A stretch of 64,000 bases of DNA from an uncultured Candidatus Saccharibacteria bacterium (GCA_938043965.1 CALIQQ010000002.1:82321-146320), one strand, 5' to 3'; positions 19,298 through 29,420 are shown, counted from the first letter of the stretch. Made by a program: numbers and translations. Notes: a model not told the origin generated them from the sequence alone.

Positions 19298-20111
19298 TTC
19301 TTGGCGCTTTCGTTTCTTTTGTGCGAAGCTCCTTGTTTTGCTCCTTGGTTTTTACGGAACTATTTTTCGTTACATTTTTTTCTATGCTAGTTTTTTCTGC
19401 GTTAATCCTCGGTTCATTCATTGGCGCCTTAGCGACTTTTTTTGCAAAAATCATCCGTCCCGAATTAGTCTGAATGTATTTTTCAAACATCACGGTAATT
19501 TCTGCACCAATGTTTTTTGCAGCATTATCTACCACTACCATCGTTCCTTCTGGCAAGTAACCGATCCCTTGCTTCGGGTTTTGGCCTTCCGCTGAAATCT
19601 TTAATTTAAATTTCTCGCCCGACGCAAACTCAGATTTTAGTTCGGACGCCAAACGGTTTGGATTTAGCACTTCAATGTGTTCCGTTTCTGCTACCTTCTG
19701 TAGATTATAATCACAAGTAAAAATCAGACCCTTATTTTCTTTTGCAAGTTGGATTAATCGTTCATCAACTGGCGTGCGATCAAGTGGGTCCGCCAGTACT
19801 TCCGTGTTGCAGAACACTACACGCTCCAGCGCATTAACTGTTTCCATGCCGATTCTTGCTCGGCTACGTTTCTCGGAATCTTTGCCGTCCGCCAAAAGCT
19901 GTAATTCACGGATTGCTGAGCGGGGAATTACTAAATCGTCGCCGATAAAACCAGCTTCCGCGATACTTAAAATCCGACCATCCATCAGTGCTGATGTGTC
20001 GACATAAATTTTACGTTTTTTGCTGTTTACTCTTTCGCCACGCACTGAGCGTAGTAATAAAATTGTTACTTCAAGAAAAATTAAAGCAGTTAAAATATCA
20101 AACATCTTCAT
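19239..20111 (-). CDS. membrane-anchored PIN/TRAM domain protein (YacL-like)
   Basis: VDTSALMDGRI, ELQLLAD, TCDYNL.KVA, QGIGYLPEGTMVVV, QT.SGRMIFAK. Confidence 0.9.
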   Translation of the reverse strand: MKMFDILTALIFLEVTILLLRSVRGERVNSKKRKIYVDTSALMDGRILSIAEAGFIGDDLVIPRSAIRELQLLADGKDSEKRSRARIGMETVNALERVVFCNTEVLADPLDRTPVDERLIQLAKENKGLIFTCDYNLQKVAETEHIEVLNPNRLASELKSEFASGEKFKLKISAEGQNPKQGIGYLPEGTMVVVDNAAKNIGAEITVMFEKYIQTNSGRMIFAKKVAKAPMNEPRINAEKTSIEKNVTKNSSVKTKEQNKELRTKETKAPRTKARSNQSRELGRKRDSRR

Positions 20112-20243
20112 ATATAAAAATTATACCATAAAATATCTAAAATTCAAGAAAACTACTTAGCACTAAAACTCTAAAAACAGTTGGAGTAGTTTGTGATTTA
20201 TGCTAAACTAGAAGTAATCAAAACAACTAAGTTAGAGGTGGAA

Positions 20244-22976
20244 ATGGAGAAAAAGAAGAACAATTCTGCTGCGCCGATTAAGGTGATTAAGTCAAAAGAG
20301 CACGCAAAAACTCCGAAAAAGGCATTATTTAAGAAAAAAGATAAAAGCCTCAATGTTTATTCGAGTCTAAATTATCGCCTAAAGGCTAAAAAAGAGGCTA
20401 TTGCGAGAAAGCGTGCCGAAGAATTATCTAAATTACCTAAAGAACCAGTCGCTCGCTTCTTTGCTCGTCTTCATCCAAAGCGTGTGGCTAAGTTTATGTT
20501 CAGTAAACAGGGCCTTATGTTCTTTCTTAAAGCTTGCGCCGCTGCGTTTCTAGTTGGCGTCATCGCAATCGGTGGGCTCTTCCTCTATTATAAAAAAGAT
20601 CTCGATTCTATTCGTCTGAATGATATTAAGGTTTCTGAATCAGTCAATGTCTACACCGACCGTAACGGGGAAGTACTCTGGGAAGATCGTGGCGATGGAG
20701 ATTATCGTCTTGTAGTTGAAGATAAGAATATCCCAGATTTTATGAAACAAGCTACTATCGCCATTGAGGACCGTGCTTTTTATAATCATCGCGGCGTAGA
20801 TTTCTCCGGTATTATCCGCGCAACCCTCTCTACTTTAACTGGACGCGGTGTCCAAGGTGGCTCAACTCTCACTCAGCAACTAATCAAACAGGTCTATTTT
20901 GCGGACGAAGCTAGCTCGGCTAATCGTGGTGGTCTTTCCCGTAAAATCAAAGAGATGATTCTTGCGATTGAGCTTGAAAAAATGTACAGCAAGGATCAGA
21001 TTATAACTATGTATCTTAACGAGTCGCCGTACGGTGGTCGTCGTAATGGTATCGAATCCGCTGCTCAAGCTTATTTTGGCAAGACTTCAAAGGATCTCAA
21101 TCTTGCTGAGGCGGCCTTGCTCGCTTCTATCCCCAACAACCCTGCTGTCTTAAATCCATACAACACTTATGGCAATAAGGCGCTAGTTGCTCGTCAACAA
21201 AAAACCTTAGATGTGATGGTTGAAATGGGCTACATTAGCAAAGAAGATGCTGAGGCAGCTAAAGCTATCGATATCTTAGCTACTATTCGCCCTGAAACTG
21301 GTCAATATGAAAACATTAAGGCCCCACATTTTGTCCTAGAGGTTAAAAAACAACTTGAAGAAAAATACGGCATTAAAACTATGCGTGCTGGTGGCTTTAC
21401 AATTAAAACTACAATTGACTATCGTGCCCAACAATACGCTGAAGAAGCAGTTGCCGCTGGCGCAAAAATGACCAACCAGAACGGTTCCGATAATATCGCA
21501 CTCAGTTCAGTTGATGTTGAAACTGGCCAGGTGATTGCCATGGTCGGCTCAATCGATTGGCGCCGAGCTGGCTACGGTGAACTTAATGCTACTACCTCGC
21601 TACTGGAGCCAGGTTCATCCATTAAGCCAATCCTTGATTACGGCCCACTCTTTATGCAGCGTGAGGGTAAAAACTATGGCCCAGGCACGATTCTAAAGGA
21701 TGAAAACATCGATAAAACCTATTGTGGTGGCAATAGTGGCTCCTGCAAGCTCCGTAATTACACCGGTAAGTTTTATGGCAACATCACCATTCGTAAATCA
21801 CTCGCTAACTCGCTTAACATTGGCGCTGTAAAAGCTCTCTATATTAACGGTGTTGAAAATTCCCTTGAGGTTGCGCATGAGCTTGGCGATTGGTCTTACT
21901 GTAAAGACCGCGACCCTAGTGAATTTGGCCTCTCGATTGCTATTGGCTCTGGCTGTGGTGTCAGAGGTGTTGAGCACGCTAATGCCTACGCTTCAATTTC
22001 TCGTGGCGGTGTTTATAAACCACTAGCCTATGTTCTTCAGATTAAAAATTCATCTGGTGATATTATTGAGCAATGGGAAGACAAGGAAGGTAAGCGTGTC
22101 TATGATAAGCAAGTCGCCTACATGATCTCTAGTATTCTAAGTGATGCCAACGCTCGCTCCATGGTCTTCGGCGCTCAAAGTTATTCTTACGGCTTCTCTA
22201 TCCCAGGTGTCGTCACCGCTTCTAAGACTGGTACTTCTACCACTTCTAACTCTGCCGTCGCTAAAGACTCTTGGCTTGCCAGCTATTCACCAGCCGTTGC
22301 TACCACGGTCTGGAACGGTAATCATGATGGTCGTGGTCTTTCTAACTCTTCAAACAACCTCGTTCGTCGAGTCGTCCATAATTACATGGAAAATGTGCAT
22401 AAACAGATCTATGAGAAAGATGGCCGCTGGAAAACTAACGAAACTTGGACGCAACCAGAAGGCTTGAAACGTATTTCCGTGAATGGTCAAACTGATTATT
22501 GGCCGAGCTGGTATAACTCAAAAACCTCCGGCGAAAAGAAAGAGACCCTGAAATTTAACTCCGCCACTAAGAAACTTGCCCGCGATTGTACTCCTGAATC
22601 GCTCGTTGAATCAATTGATGTTACCGTTATGACTGACCCAGTTTCTGGCACTAAAGTCTACAGTGATATTCCAGAAGGATATGATGAAAAAGAGGAGGAT
22701 AGCTGTACTTACCAAGTTCCAACTGTCGTCATTCCTGCCAGCACCGGCTCTCTCGACTCAAGCCGCAATTATCGTTTTAGCTTTAGCACCCTAAAGGGTT
22801 CTGGTACTCTAAATAAGTACACTATATACCTAAATGGCACTCAAGCTAAAACCGGCGACGCCGAGGAAGGCGAAAAAACTGTCACCATCTCCGGTGCAAA
22901 AGTTGGTGATACTATTCGCGTAGTGGTCAGTGATTCTAGTGGTGCTATTGGTGAATCGACTACTAAAATTCGATAA
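20244..22976 (+). CDS. class A penicillin-binding protein (transglycosylase/transpeptidase)
   Basis: EDRAFYNHRG, GGSTLTQQL, RKIKE, YLNE; SSIK, SLN, KTG motifs; SD gaggtg before ATG 20244. Confidence 0.93.
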   Translation: MEKKKNNSAAPIKVIKSKEHAKTPKKALFKKKDKSLNVYSSLNYRLKAKKEAIARKRAEELSKLPKEPVARFFARLHPKRVAKFMFSKQGLMFFLKACAAAFLVGVIAIGGLFLYYKKDLDSIRLNDIKVSESVNVYTDRNGEVLWEDRGDGDYRLVVEDKNIPDFMKQATIAIEDRAFYNHRGVDFSGIIRATLSTLTGRGVQGGSTLTQQLIKQVYFADEASSANRGGLSRKIKEMILAIELEKMYSKDQIITMYLNESPYGGRRNGIESAAQAYFGKTSKDLNLAEAALLASIPNNPAVLNPYNTYGNKALVARQQKTLDVMVEMGYISKEDAEAAKAIDILATIRPETGQYENIKAPHFVLEVKKQLEEKYGIKTMRAGGFTIKTTIDYRAQQYAEEAVAAGAKMTNQNGSDNIALSSVDVETGQVIAMVGSIDWRRAGYGELNATTSLLEPGSSIKPILDYGPLFMQREGKNYGPGTILKDENIDKTYCGGNSGSCKLRNYTGKFYGNITIRKSLANSLNIGAVKALYINGVENSLEVAHELGDWSYCKDRDPSEFGLSIAIGSGCGVRGVEHANAYASISRGGVYKPLAYVLQIKNSSGDIIEQWEDKEGKRVYDKQVAYMISSILSDANARSMVFGAQSYSYGFSIPGVVTASKTGTSTTSNSAVAKDSWLASYSPAVATTVWNGNHDGRGLSNSSNNLVRRVVHNYMENVHKQIYEKDGRWKTNETWTQPEGLKRISVNGQTDYWPSWYNSKTSGEKKETLKFNSATKKLARDCTPESLVESIDVTVMTDPVSGTKVYSDIPEGYDEKEEDSCTYQVPTVVIPASTGSLDSSRNYRFSFSTLKGSGTLNKYTIYLNGTQAKTGDAEEGEKTVTISGAKVGDTIRVVVSDSSGAIGESTTKIR

Positions 22977-22980
22977 ACCA

Positions 22981-23053
22981 TCTTTAGGGCTTCGGTGGAT
23001 CATCTCTAAAGATTATTGTCTTTAGAGCTTCATTGAATCATCTTTGAAGATTT
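22981..23053 (+). repeat. degenerate 38-bp tandem duplication just after the PBP stop
   Basis: tctttagRgcttcRKtgRatcatctYtRaagatt at 22981 and 23019. Confidence 0.75.
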
Positions 23054-23079
23054 GATAGACCATTCCGAAGACTGAGCGT

Positions 23080-23109
23080 AAAACAGAGAGACTTAATCTC
23101 TCTGTTTTT
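23080..23109 (+). terminator. intrinsic terminator
   Basis: aaaacagagaga-cttaa-tctctctgttttt. Confidence 0.8.
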
Positions 23110-23128
23110 ATGTTATAATGGACTTATT

Positions 23129-24427
23129 ATGAAACTTTCTGAAGAACTAATTTGGCGTGGCTTTAAGGCCGAAACTACTATCAACGATTTTGCTGCGCTT
23201 GATGAGCGCACTTCGAAAAAGTTCTATCTTGGCGCTGATCCTTCCGCTGATAGTTTAACCATCGGCAATCTTGCCGCTTTGATGATGTGTGCTTGTTTTG
23301 TGCGCCACGGTTATGAGCCATATTTATTAGTCGGTGGTGCTACTGGTCAAATCGGTGACCCGAAAGAAACTGGTGAACGCGACCTAAAAACTCTTGAGGA
23401 AATTGAGCATAATAAAAACTGTATTAAACGTCAGATGGAATCAATTATTTCTGCTGACGGTGCTGCTAATACTAAGAATGACGGCAACCCGGATAACGAT
23501 CATTGGCAAATTACTATGCTCGATAACTACGACTGGTTCAAAAACGTTAACTACCTTGATTTTCTGCGCACTGTCGGCAAAGCATTTTCGATGACCCAGT
23601 TACTTGACCGCAAGTTCATTCAAAATCGTATTGGTGAAGGCGGCTCCGGTATTTCTTACGCCGAATTTAGCTATACTCTAATTCAAGGCTATGATTTCTG
23701 GCATTTAAACCGTGAATACGGTATCGACCTCCAGCTTTGTGGCGCTGACCAATACGGCAACGCCGCTACAGGTATCCGTCTTATTAACAAATTTGAAAAT
23801 AAAACCGCTGATGTTTGGTCTACTCCACTTATCATCGACCCGGTCACTGGTCGCAAATTTGGTAAATCTGAGGGTAATGCCATTTGGCTTAGTTCAGTCG
23901 ATAATGGCTCCGGTAACTATACTGGCATCTTTGATTTTTACCAGTTCTGGCTTAACCAGCCGGATACTTCGGTTGAATATCTTCTGAAAATCTACACTGT
24001 GTATTCTAAACCTGAAATCGAGTCAATTTTAGCTGAGCACCAATCTGCTCCAGAAAAACGATTTGCTCAACAAGCGCTCGCCAAAGGCGTCACCGAGGTA
24101 GTTCATGGCACCACTAGTGCTAAGGCCGCAATTAACTTAACTGAATTACTGTTTGGCAATAAAAAAATTGGTATGCTTTCAGCTACTGAAATTGAGGGAA
24201 TTGCCCTGCTTCTGCCAACCTTAAAACTGAGTGATGATCGTCCTAAAATTGCCCTAGTTGATGCCCTAGTTGAAACTGAATTGGCCAGCTCAAAAACCGA
24301 AGCTCGTCAGCTCATTAAACAAAATGCCATTTCGATTAACGGTGAAAAAATCACTGACGATACTTTAGAAATTCAGTCGCTTGCTATTTTGAAACGCGGC
24401 AAAAACAAATTCGCGCTCGTTAAATAA
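23129..24427 (+). CDS. tyrS: tyrosine--tRNA ligase
   Basis: YLGADPSADSLTIGNL, GGATG.IGDP, EFSY.LIQGYDF, G.DQYGN, KFGKS, C-terminal S4 domain. Confidence 0.97.
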   Translation: MKLSEELIWRGFKAETTINDFAALDERTSKKFYLGADPSADSLTIGNLAALMMCACFVRHGYEPYLLVGGATGQIGDPKETGERDLKTLEEIEHNKNCIKRQMESIISADGAANTKNDGNPDNDHWQITMLDNYDWFKNVNYLDFLRTVGKAFSMTQLLDRKFIQNRIGEGGSGISYAEFSYTLIQGYDFWHLNREYGIDLQLCGADQYGNAATGIRLINKFENKTADVWSTPLIIDPVTGRKFGKSEGNAIWLSSVDNGSGNYTGIFDFYQFWLNQPDTSVEYLLKIYTVYSKPEIESILAEHQSAPEKRFAQQALAKGVTEVVHGTTSAKAAINLTELLFGNKKIGMLSATEIEGIALLLPTLKLSDDRPKIALVDALVETELASSKTEARQLIKQNAISINGEKITDDTLEIQSLAILKRGKNKFALVK

Positions 24428-24445
24428 ACTATTAAAGGAGATTAT

Positions 24446-25234
24446 ATGAAAAAGGTACTTTCATTCGACATCGACCAAACTTTAAACATCGCTAAAACCC
24501 CAATCCCAGAAGAGATTGCGTTTCTCTTGTCTGATTGTCTAAAACACTTTGAAATTTGTCCAATTTCCGGTCAAAAATTCGACCAATTCCTCATTCAAAT
24601 TGTCGATCGACTTATTGAAGTGGCTCATGTGACTGAAGAACAGCTCTCTCACTTTCATTTATTTGTGGCGCAAGGTACTCAATATTATCGTTATCAACCT
24701 ACCGGCAATGGCTATGACGCCGCTAACTGGCAACAAGTTTATAATTACCCTCTAACCGACGAGCAGGTGAAGAAGATTACTGAGGCTATTGAATCCGCTG
24801 CTAAGGAATTGAATTTTTGGGAAGCAGATCAGCTCCTTCCAGGTGATGAAATTATTGAAAACCGCCTCTCTCAAGTCACTTTCTCAGCTCTCGGCCAAAA
24901 AGCTGGCACCGAGGCTAAATATGCTTGGGATCCAGATTGCAAAAAGCGCGAGCAGATTGTTGCGCTTGCTAAAAAGAAAGCTCCGGAATTTGAGTTTGAA
25001 ATTGGTGGTACTACTTCAATTAACGCCATCACTCCAGGCATGAATAAAGAGTTCGGCATGACAAAATTGCTCGAATACCTTAACGTTGAATTAAAAGACG
25101 TACTTTATTTTGGTGATATGACCCAGCCAGGCGGCAACGATTACCCAGTTGTGCAAATGGGCTTTGATTATATTACCGTGCGTAGCCACGAAGACACCGC
25201 CTTTGCCCTAAAAGGCATTCTTGCGGTCTTATAG
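24446..25234 (+). CDS. HAD-IIB hydrolase, phosphomannomutase (PMM)-like
   Basis: FDIDQTL, ENR.SQVTFSALG, IGGTTSI, YFGD..PGGNDYP. Confidence 0.85.
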   Translation: MKKVLSFDIDQTLNIAKTPIPEEIAFLLSDCLKHFEICPISGQKFDQFLIQIVDRLIEVAHVTEEQLSHFHLFVAQGTQYYRYQPTGNGYDAANWQQVYNYPLTDEQVKKITEAIESAAKELNFWEADQLLPGDEIIENRLSQVTFSALGQKAGTEAKYAWDPDCKKREQIVALAKKKAPEFEFEIGGTTSINAITPGMNKEFGMTKLLEYLNVELKDVLYFGDMTQPGGNDYPVVQMGFDYITVRSHEDTAFALKGILAVL

Positions 25235-25263
25235 CTTTATCTCGCTTATGGTATAATAAAAAT

Positions 25264-26040
25264 ATGAAAACTTATATTGTGGGCAACTGGAAGATGAACC
25301 TTACCGTTGGTGAATCTTCAATCTATCTTCAAAAACTACTAAGGCGCATCAGTCCGAGCCGTGGTCTTGAGGTTATCGTTGCCCCAAGTTTAATTGCTCT
25401 TCAGCCCCTCAGTATTCAGCTCGAGCGTAATCATTCGAAGATTAAACTCGCTGTCCAAAATTTTTATCAGAAAGATTTTGGCGCCTACACCGGTGAAGTT
25501 TCCGTGATGCAACTGCGTGGTCTAGTTGACTATGCAATTATTGGTCACAGCGAACGCCGCTATCTCTTTGGCGAAACCAATAAAGACCTCCGCCAAAAAG
25601 TGGCGGCTGCCATTCGTAACCACATTACACCAATTCTTTGTATTGGTGAAACTGAAAACGAACGTAATTTTAATGAAACTGCCGACGTAATCCGCGACCA
25701 GCTTCATGGCGGTCTCTCCGAAGTTGACGCAGAAGACTTGAAGAAGGTTATTATTGCCTATGAGCCAGTTTGGGCTATCTCCAGCAATAAGGGCGCTCGC
25801 CTTGCCACTCCCGACGAGGTCGCTGCCTCTATTCAGCTTATTAAACGCGAACTTGGCGCGATTTACGGTAAAGCTCAAACCGAGTCTATCCCTATTCTTT
25901 ATGGTGGTTCAATTAACCCCAATAACGCCGGCGCCTATCTTACTATTCCTGAAGTTAATGGCCTTTTGATTGGTGGCTCGTCGCTTATTTCTGACCATTT
26001 TGTTGACATTATCGACCTCGCTAAACGCGTTAAAAACTAG
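25264..26040 (+). CDS. tpiA: triosephosphate isomerase
   Basis: GNWKMN, GAYTGEVS, IGHSERR, AYEPVWAI, LYGGS. Confidence 0.97.
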   Translation: MKTYIVGNWKMNLTVGESSIYLQKLLRRISPSRGLEVIVAPSLIALQPLSIQLERNHSKIKLAVQNFYQKDFGAYTGEVSVMQLRGLVDYAIIGHSERRYLFGETNKDLRQKVAAAIRNHITPILCIGETENERNFNETADVIRDQLHGGLSEVDAEDLKKVIIAYEPVWAISSNKGARLATPDEVAASIQLIKRELGAIYGKAQTESIPILYGGSINPNNAGAYLTIPEVNGLLIGGSSLISDHFVDIIDLAKRVKN

Positions 26041-26118
26041 GCAATTTGCATTTTTCTTGGAAAAACTATACAATAAAAGAAAATCGACCAGCATAAACAC
26101 AAATTTAGGTATCAAACA

Positions 26119-27270
26119 ATGAACGAACAAGAACAAACTCAGGTTAGACCAAGCTCCCATCCACGTGGCAGAATGATAGATTTTGCCCCTAAAGACGTTA
26201 TTCGGGAAGTCTCAGTCCGCACTACCCGCATCGTTAGTCTTTCTGATGCCGAGCAACGCCGCCGTGAAATCGCTAAACGAGAAATTGCTCGCCGCGAGGC
26301 CATTCATCGTCAAATTGAGCAACAAAAAGAGCAAGACCTGATTAACCAGCGTCGTGCTGCTGCTGCAAAAAGAGATCTTGCTCGCCGTATTCATGTCGAA
26401 CAAGAACAGGAAGAGCTTATGCTTTTAGAGCGTGAAGCTGAGCTAAAACGGTTGCGCGAGGCAAAAGAAAAAGCTGAGCGCCGCGCGATGATGGAGGCTA
26501 AAGCCTTGCGTGAACGCAATCGCATTCTGCTTGAACGTCGCGAGGAACGTGCCAGGTTAGAGCTTGAACGTCGTCGTGCCACCGAAAATAAAATGCCCGT
26601 CGCTAAAAAACTGCCAGTAAAAAATCCTGCTGGCTCGAAAGACCCCTTTGATCTCTCCGAGTTAGATGATATCTATAATGAGACCACCGAAAACAGTCGC
26701 TATGCTGTCGAGACGCCAGTCGAAAATCCTTATGACAAACCAACTAATTGTGCTTCAGCTAAAAACATCCACTATCCACCAGTTAAAAATCGTGCCTATG
26801 CTACTGATGCTACTAACAAGAATAATGAAGCTAACGATATTGACGATATTGATGATATTGACGATATTGACGAAATCGAGGAGCGTCTAGCTGAGAATAA
26901 TTCACGCTATGTGATTGGTGGTCACTCTCCATTCATTAACACTACGGTTGAAAAACGTCCACTTTCTGGAGGCAATAAAACCTATGAGCCAACTTCGATG
27001 GCAGATAAAACTCTCTCTAAAAAACCAGCTGAACGCCCAAAGTTCTCTCTAAAAGGCCGCGGTCGCTTTGTTCCATACCAAGAACCCCTTCCGCACAAAA
27101 ACATCTACGCGCGTACTGTTGCTAAGGAGAAAAATCAGCGTGACGTCCCGACCGTAGTTATCCAAAATGTTTCTAAAGGTTCGAAAATCTCACTCATTAT
27201 CGCGATTACACTCACGGTTATTTTTGGCGCAACCATCGGAGTTATTGCTTATCTCGCACTCTTTCAATAA
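26119..27270 (+). CDS. hypothetical coiled-coil protein with C-terminal TM anchor
   Basis: R/E-rich helix, (DID)n acidic repeat at 26836-26880, hydrophobic last 25 aa. Confidence 0.8.
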   Translation: MNEQEQTQVRPSSHPRGRMIDFAPKDVIREVSVRTTRIVSLSDAEQRRREIAKREIARREAIHRQIEQQKEQDLINQRRAAAAKRDLARRIHVEQEQEELMLLEREAELKRLREAKEKAERRAMMEAKALRERNRILLERREERARLELERRRATENKMPVAKKLPVKNPAGSKDPFDLSELDDIYNETTENSRYAVETPVENPYDKPTNCASAKNIHYPPVKNRAYATDATNKNNEANDIDDIDDIDDIDEIEERLAENNSRYVIGGHSPFINTTVEKRPLSGGNKTYEPTSMADKTLSKKPAERPKFSLKGRGRFVPYQEPLPHKNIYARTVAKEKNQRDVPTVVIQNVSKGSKISLIIAITLTVIFGATIGVIAYLALFQ

Positions 27271-27279
27271 GGAGCTAAG

Positions 27280-27900
27280 ATGAATTCGTTATCCCCGAAC
27301 AATAATAAAATCGCTCGCAACTTCACCATAAAAGCAGACCAGCGTAATGATTTTTTTCATTCTTCCGGTTATGGTGCAACCCAAAACTCAGGTAACATCG
27401 GCACTGCTTCTTCTGGTCTATCTATGGCAGATCGCAAAGCGCTTGAAGAAAAACGCCAATTTGTGCAAAAATACGGCAACTCTAAACTTGTCGGTAGTAC
27501 TTTAAATTTGCGCCATTCCCAGGCCTATGACCCAACTAGCGCTAATTCTGCCCCTACTTCAGCTAATTTTTCAGCAACAAGTAGCTCTTCCAATGCTGTC
27601 GGTTCGGCTACTGGCGCTACTATAAAAACCGCCGCCGGCACGCCAGCCGGTGTTGGCGGTTCAGTTCCTGCGACCAGTGTTGGCGGCGCGAATAATGCAG
27701 TCGGTATCGGTGGCACGAATAATGCAGTCGGTATCGGCGGCGCAAATAATGGCTACAGCCCCTATCGCACTGGTGGCGGCAATGCTCAAACTACTTCGAC
27801 TCGCGGTTTTGGTGCTCGTTTAAACCCAGCAGCTGCACCTCGCCCAGTCTCTAGCCCAGCCCGCTCATTCACCCCGAACATTAAGCCGACGTTTAAATAA
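27280..27900 (+). CDS. hypothetical low-complexity (G/A/S/N) protein
   Basis: SD aaggag; 27-bp in-frame repeat GG(A/T)NNAVGI x2.5 at 27682-27750. Confidence 0.75.
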   Translation: MNSLSPNNNKIARNFTIKADQRNDFFHSSGYGATQNSGNIGTASSGLSMADRKALEEKRQFVQKYGNSKLVGSTLNLRHSQAYDPTSANSAPTSANFSATSSSSNAVGSATGATIKTAAGTPAGVGGSVPATSVGGANNAVGIGGTNNAVGIGGANNGYSPYRTGGGNAQTTSTRGFGARLNPAAAPRPVSSPARSFTPNIKPTFK

Positions 27901-27968
27901 AGATCTACCGTGACCTGAACGCTAAACCGACGTTTAAAAAAACCTCTGTAGCCACCCGAAAATTAAGC
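27872..27968 (+). repeat. degenerate 41-bp x3 tandem repeat spanning the stop codon
   Basis: Copies start at 27872, 27913, 27954; ccgacgtttaaa identical in the first two. Confidence 0.8.
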
Positions 27969-28085
27969 AACTCCTCGTAAAAACTCCCCCGTCTTCATTC
28001 CTAAGCCACAAAAAATCGAGAGTAAGCTCTCGTTTTTTATGTTTTAGTGCGAGTAATCCTACAACGCAGCCTTTCTCATATAAGC

Positions 28086-28129
28086 GAACATAAAAATAAA
28101 GAGTATGAATACTCTTTCTTTTTATGTTC
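28086..28129 (-). terminator. long hairpin abutting the tRNA-Gly 3' end (probable terminator)
   Basis: gaacataaaaa.aaagagta..tactcttt.tttttatgttc inverted repeat. Confidence 0.65.
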
Positions 28130-28204
28130 TGGTGCGAGTGGAGGTAGTCGAAACCTCATCTCAAGTTTGGAAAACTTGCATACTAACCGCTGTACTACAC
28201 TCGC
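28130..28204 (-). tRNA. tRNA-Gly(TCC)
   Basis: Acceptor gcgagtg/cactcgc, anticodon arm caagt-tt TCC aa-acttg, encoded CCA. Confidence 0.93.
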
Positions 28205-28211
28205 ATCTGTA

Positions 28212-28289
28212 TGGGGTGGGATATCGGAATTGAACCGACGACCTTCTGGACCACAATCAGACGCTCTAACCATCTGAGCTAATCCCACC
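28212..28289 (-). tRNA. tRNA-His(GTG)
   Basis: G-1, acceptor gtgggat/atcccac, C73, anticodon GTG, GGTTCAATTCC, CCA. Confidence 0.95.
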
Positions 28290-28340
28290 AGATACTCTAT
28301 TATTATATCAAATCGCCAGAGAAATATCAAGTTATTGTCG

Positions 28341-28414
28341 TTTCCGAAGCTCCATTGCTTGAAAAATAAACAAATAATTTCCGAAGCTCCATTGCTTGAA
28401 AAATAAACAAATAA
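28341..28414. repeat. perfect 37-bp tandem duplication between divergent promoters
   Basis: tttccgaagctccattgcttgaaaaataaacaaataa x2. Confidence 0.97.
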
Positions 28415-28425
28415 GTTTTCTGCTG

Positions 28426-28454
28426 TTGACAAAAATAAGCATATGTGATATTAT
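28426..28454 (+). promoter_or_regulatory. sigma70 promoter
   Basis: TTGACA-17-(TGn)TATTAT. Confidence 0.7.
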
Positions 28455-28539
28455 ATAGACAACCTGGTGGTTAAAGGGGCGAACGCCCCGCACATTGACA
28501 ATTTATGGTCCCTAGGGGGGACTCAAGAAGGAGGGAATT

Positions 28540-29214
28540 ATGAGTAAAGTAGTTGACACTTTCAACGTTATGATTGGAAGAGACCTCAAAGAAAATACCG
28601 AGAAGAAGGCCAAAAAACCCGAAAGGAAGTTTTTTGAAAAGCTTGATCAGGGTCAGCCTGAAATAGTAGCTGCGCCTGATCCTGATATGAAACAGGAAAA
28701 ATCAATCGAGTCTAAGGCCAAGAAACCCGAAAAGGCTGAGGCGGAATCCGCTAAAGGGGCCAACTCAGAACTTAAGGTGGCTAGCGTAGAAGCCACAGAT
28801 CGTTCAGCGTTTGTTGATCTAGTTGCCTACAGTAACTCGGATGACATGAAAAATGATCTGATCGCATTTTTTAAGGGCGGAGAGCCTAGTGAGATGTTAG
28901 TTAGGCTGACAGACGCTGTAAATGGTGTCACTAGTCTTTCTTCTGAGAGTAATTCCAGCAAATCCGACGACAGTACGGAGGAGCCGGCAGACACCTATAA
29001 GCTTGAATATCGTTTCTTGGATGCCAAAACCGGCGCCACAAGAATGGCACAGGGAGAGGCTTTACTAAAGAGCGGTGTAGCTCTTAAAGATATTGAGAAC
29101 TATAATTTACTCTTTAAAGTCTTCCGCATTAACTCTCGCGATGAACTCATCGATGAGGGTGATGAAGAAGATTATAAGAAGGTTAAAACCTTCTTGAACG
29201 GCAAGAAAAATTAG
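28540..29214 (+). CDS. hypothetical protein
   Basis: 224 aa, SD aaggaggg, own promoter and terminator. Confidence 0.8.
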   Translation: MSKVVDTFNVMIGRDLKENTEKKAKKPERKFFEKLDQGQPEIVAAPDPDMKQEKSIESKAKKPEKAEAESAKGANSELKVASVEATDRSAFVDLVAYSNSDDMKNDLIAFFKGGEPSEMLVRLTDAVNGVTSLSSESNSSKSDDSTEEPADTYKLEYRFLDAKTGATRMAQGEALLKSGVALKDIENYNLLFKVFRINSRDELIDEGDEEDYKKVKTFLNGKKN

Positions 29215-29238
29215 CCTATACTTTTATAATCACCAGGG

Positions 29239-29268
29239 AAGGTCGTGCTTAGCACGGCCTTTCTTTTT
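29239..29268 (+). terminator. intrinsic terminator
   Basis: aaggtcgtgc-tta-gcacggcctt followed by tcttttt. Confidence 0.8.
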
Positions 29269-29385
29269 GTCTTTAAGACTTCTTTTTATCTTTAATTAAA
29301 ATACTTAAAAATAATAATCAGAAAAATCAAGCATAAGCGTATCAGAAAGCCCCATATAAACATAAGAGAAAAGATGTTATATATA

Positions 29386-29414
29386 TTGACTTTTATGCTT
29401 ATGTATGCTATAAT
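29386..29414 (+). promoter_or_regulatory. sigma70 promoter
   Basis: TTGACT-17-(TGc)TATAAT. Confidence 0.8.
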
Positions 29415-29420
29415 ATAGCT

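Noticed and set aside
28047..28056. gtgcgagt match to the tRNA-Gly 3' end as an att-site remnant
   Set aside because: Only 8 bp and no integrase nearby; compatible with chance.
28341..28414. 37-bp repeats (also at 298-371) as a CRISPR array
   Set aside because: The copies are directly adjacent with no spacers, there are only two, and no cas genes are present.
28047..28432. ORFs 28047-28277 (+) and 28076-28432 (-)
   Set aside because: They overlap two clear tRNA genes.
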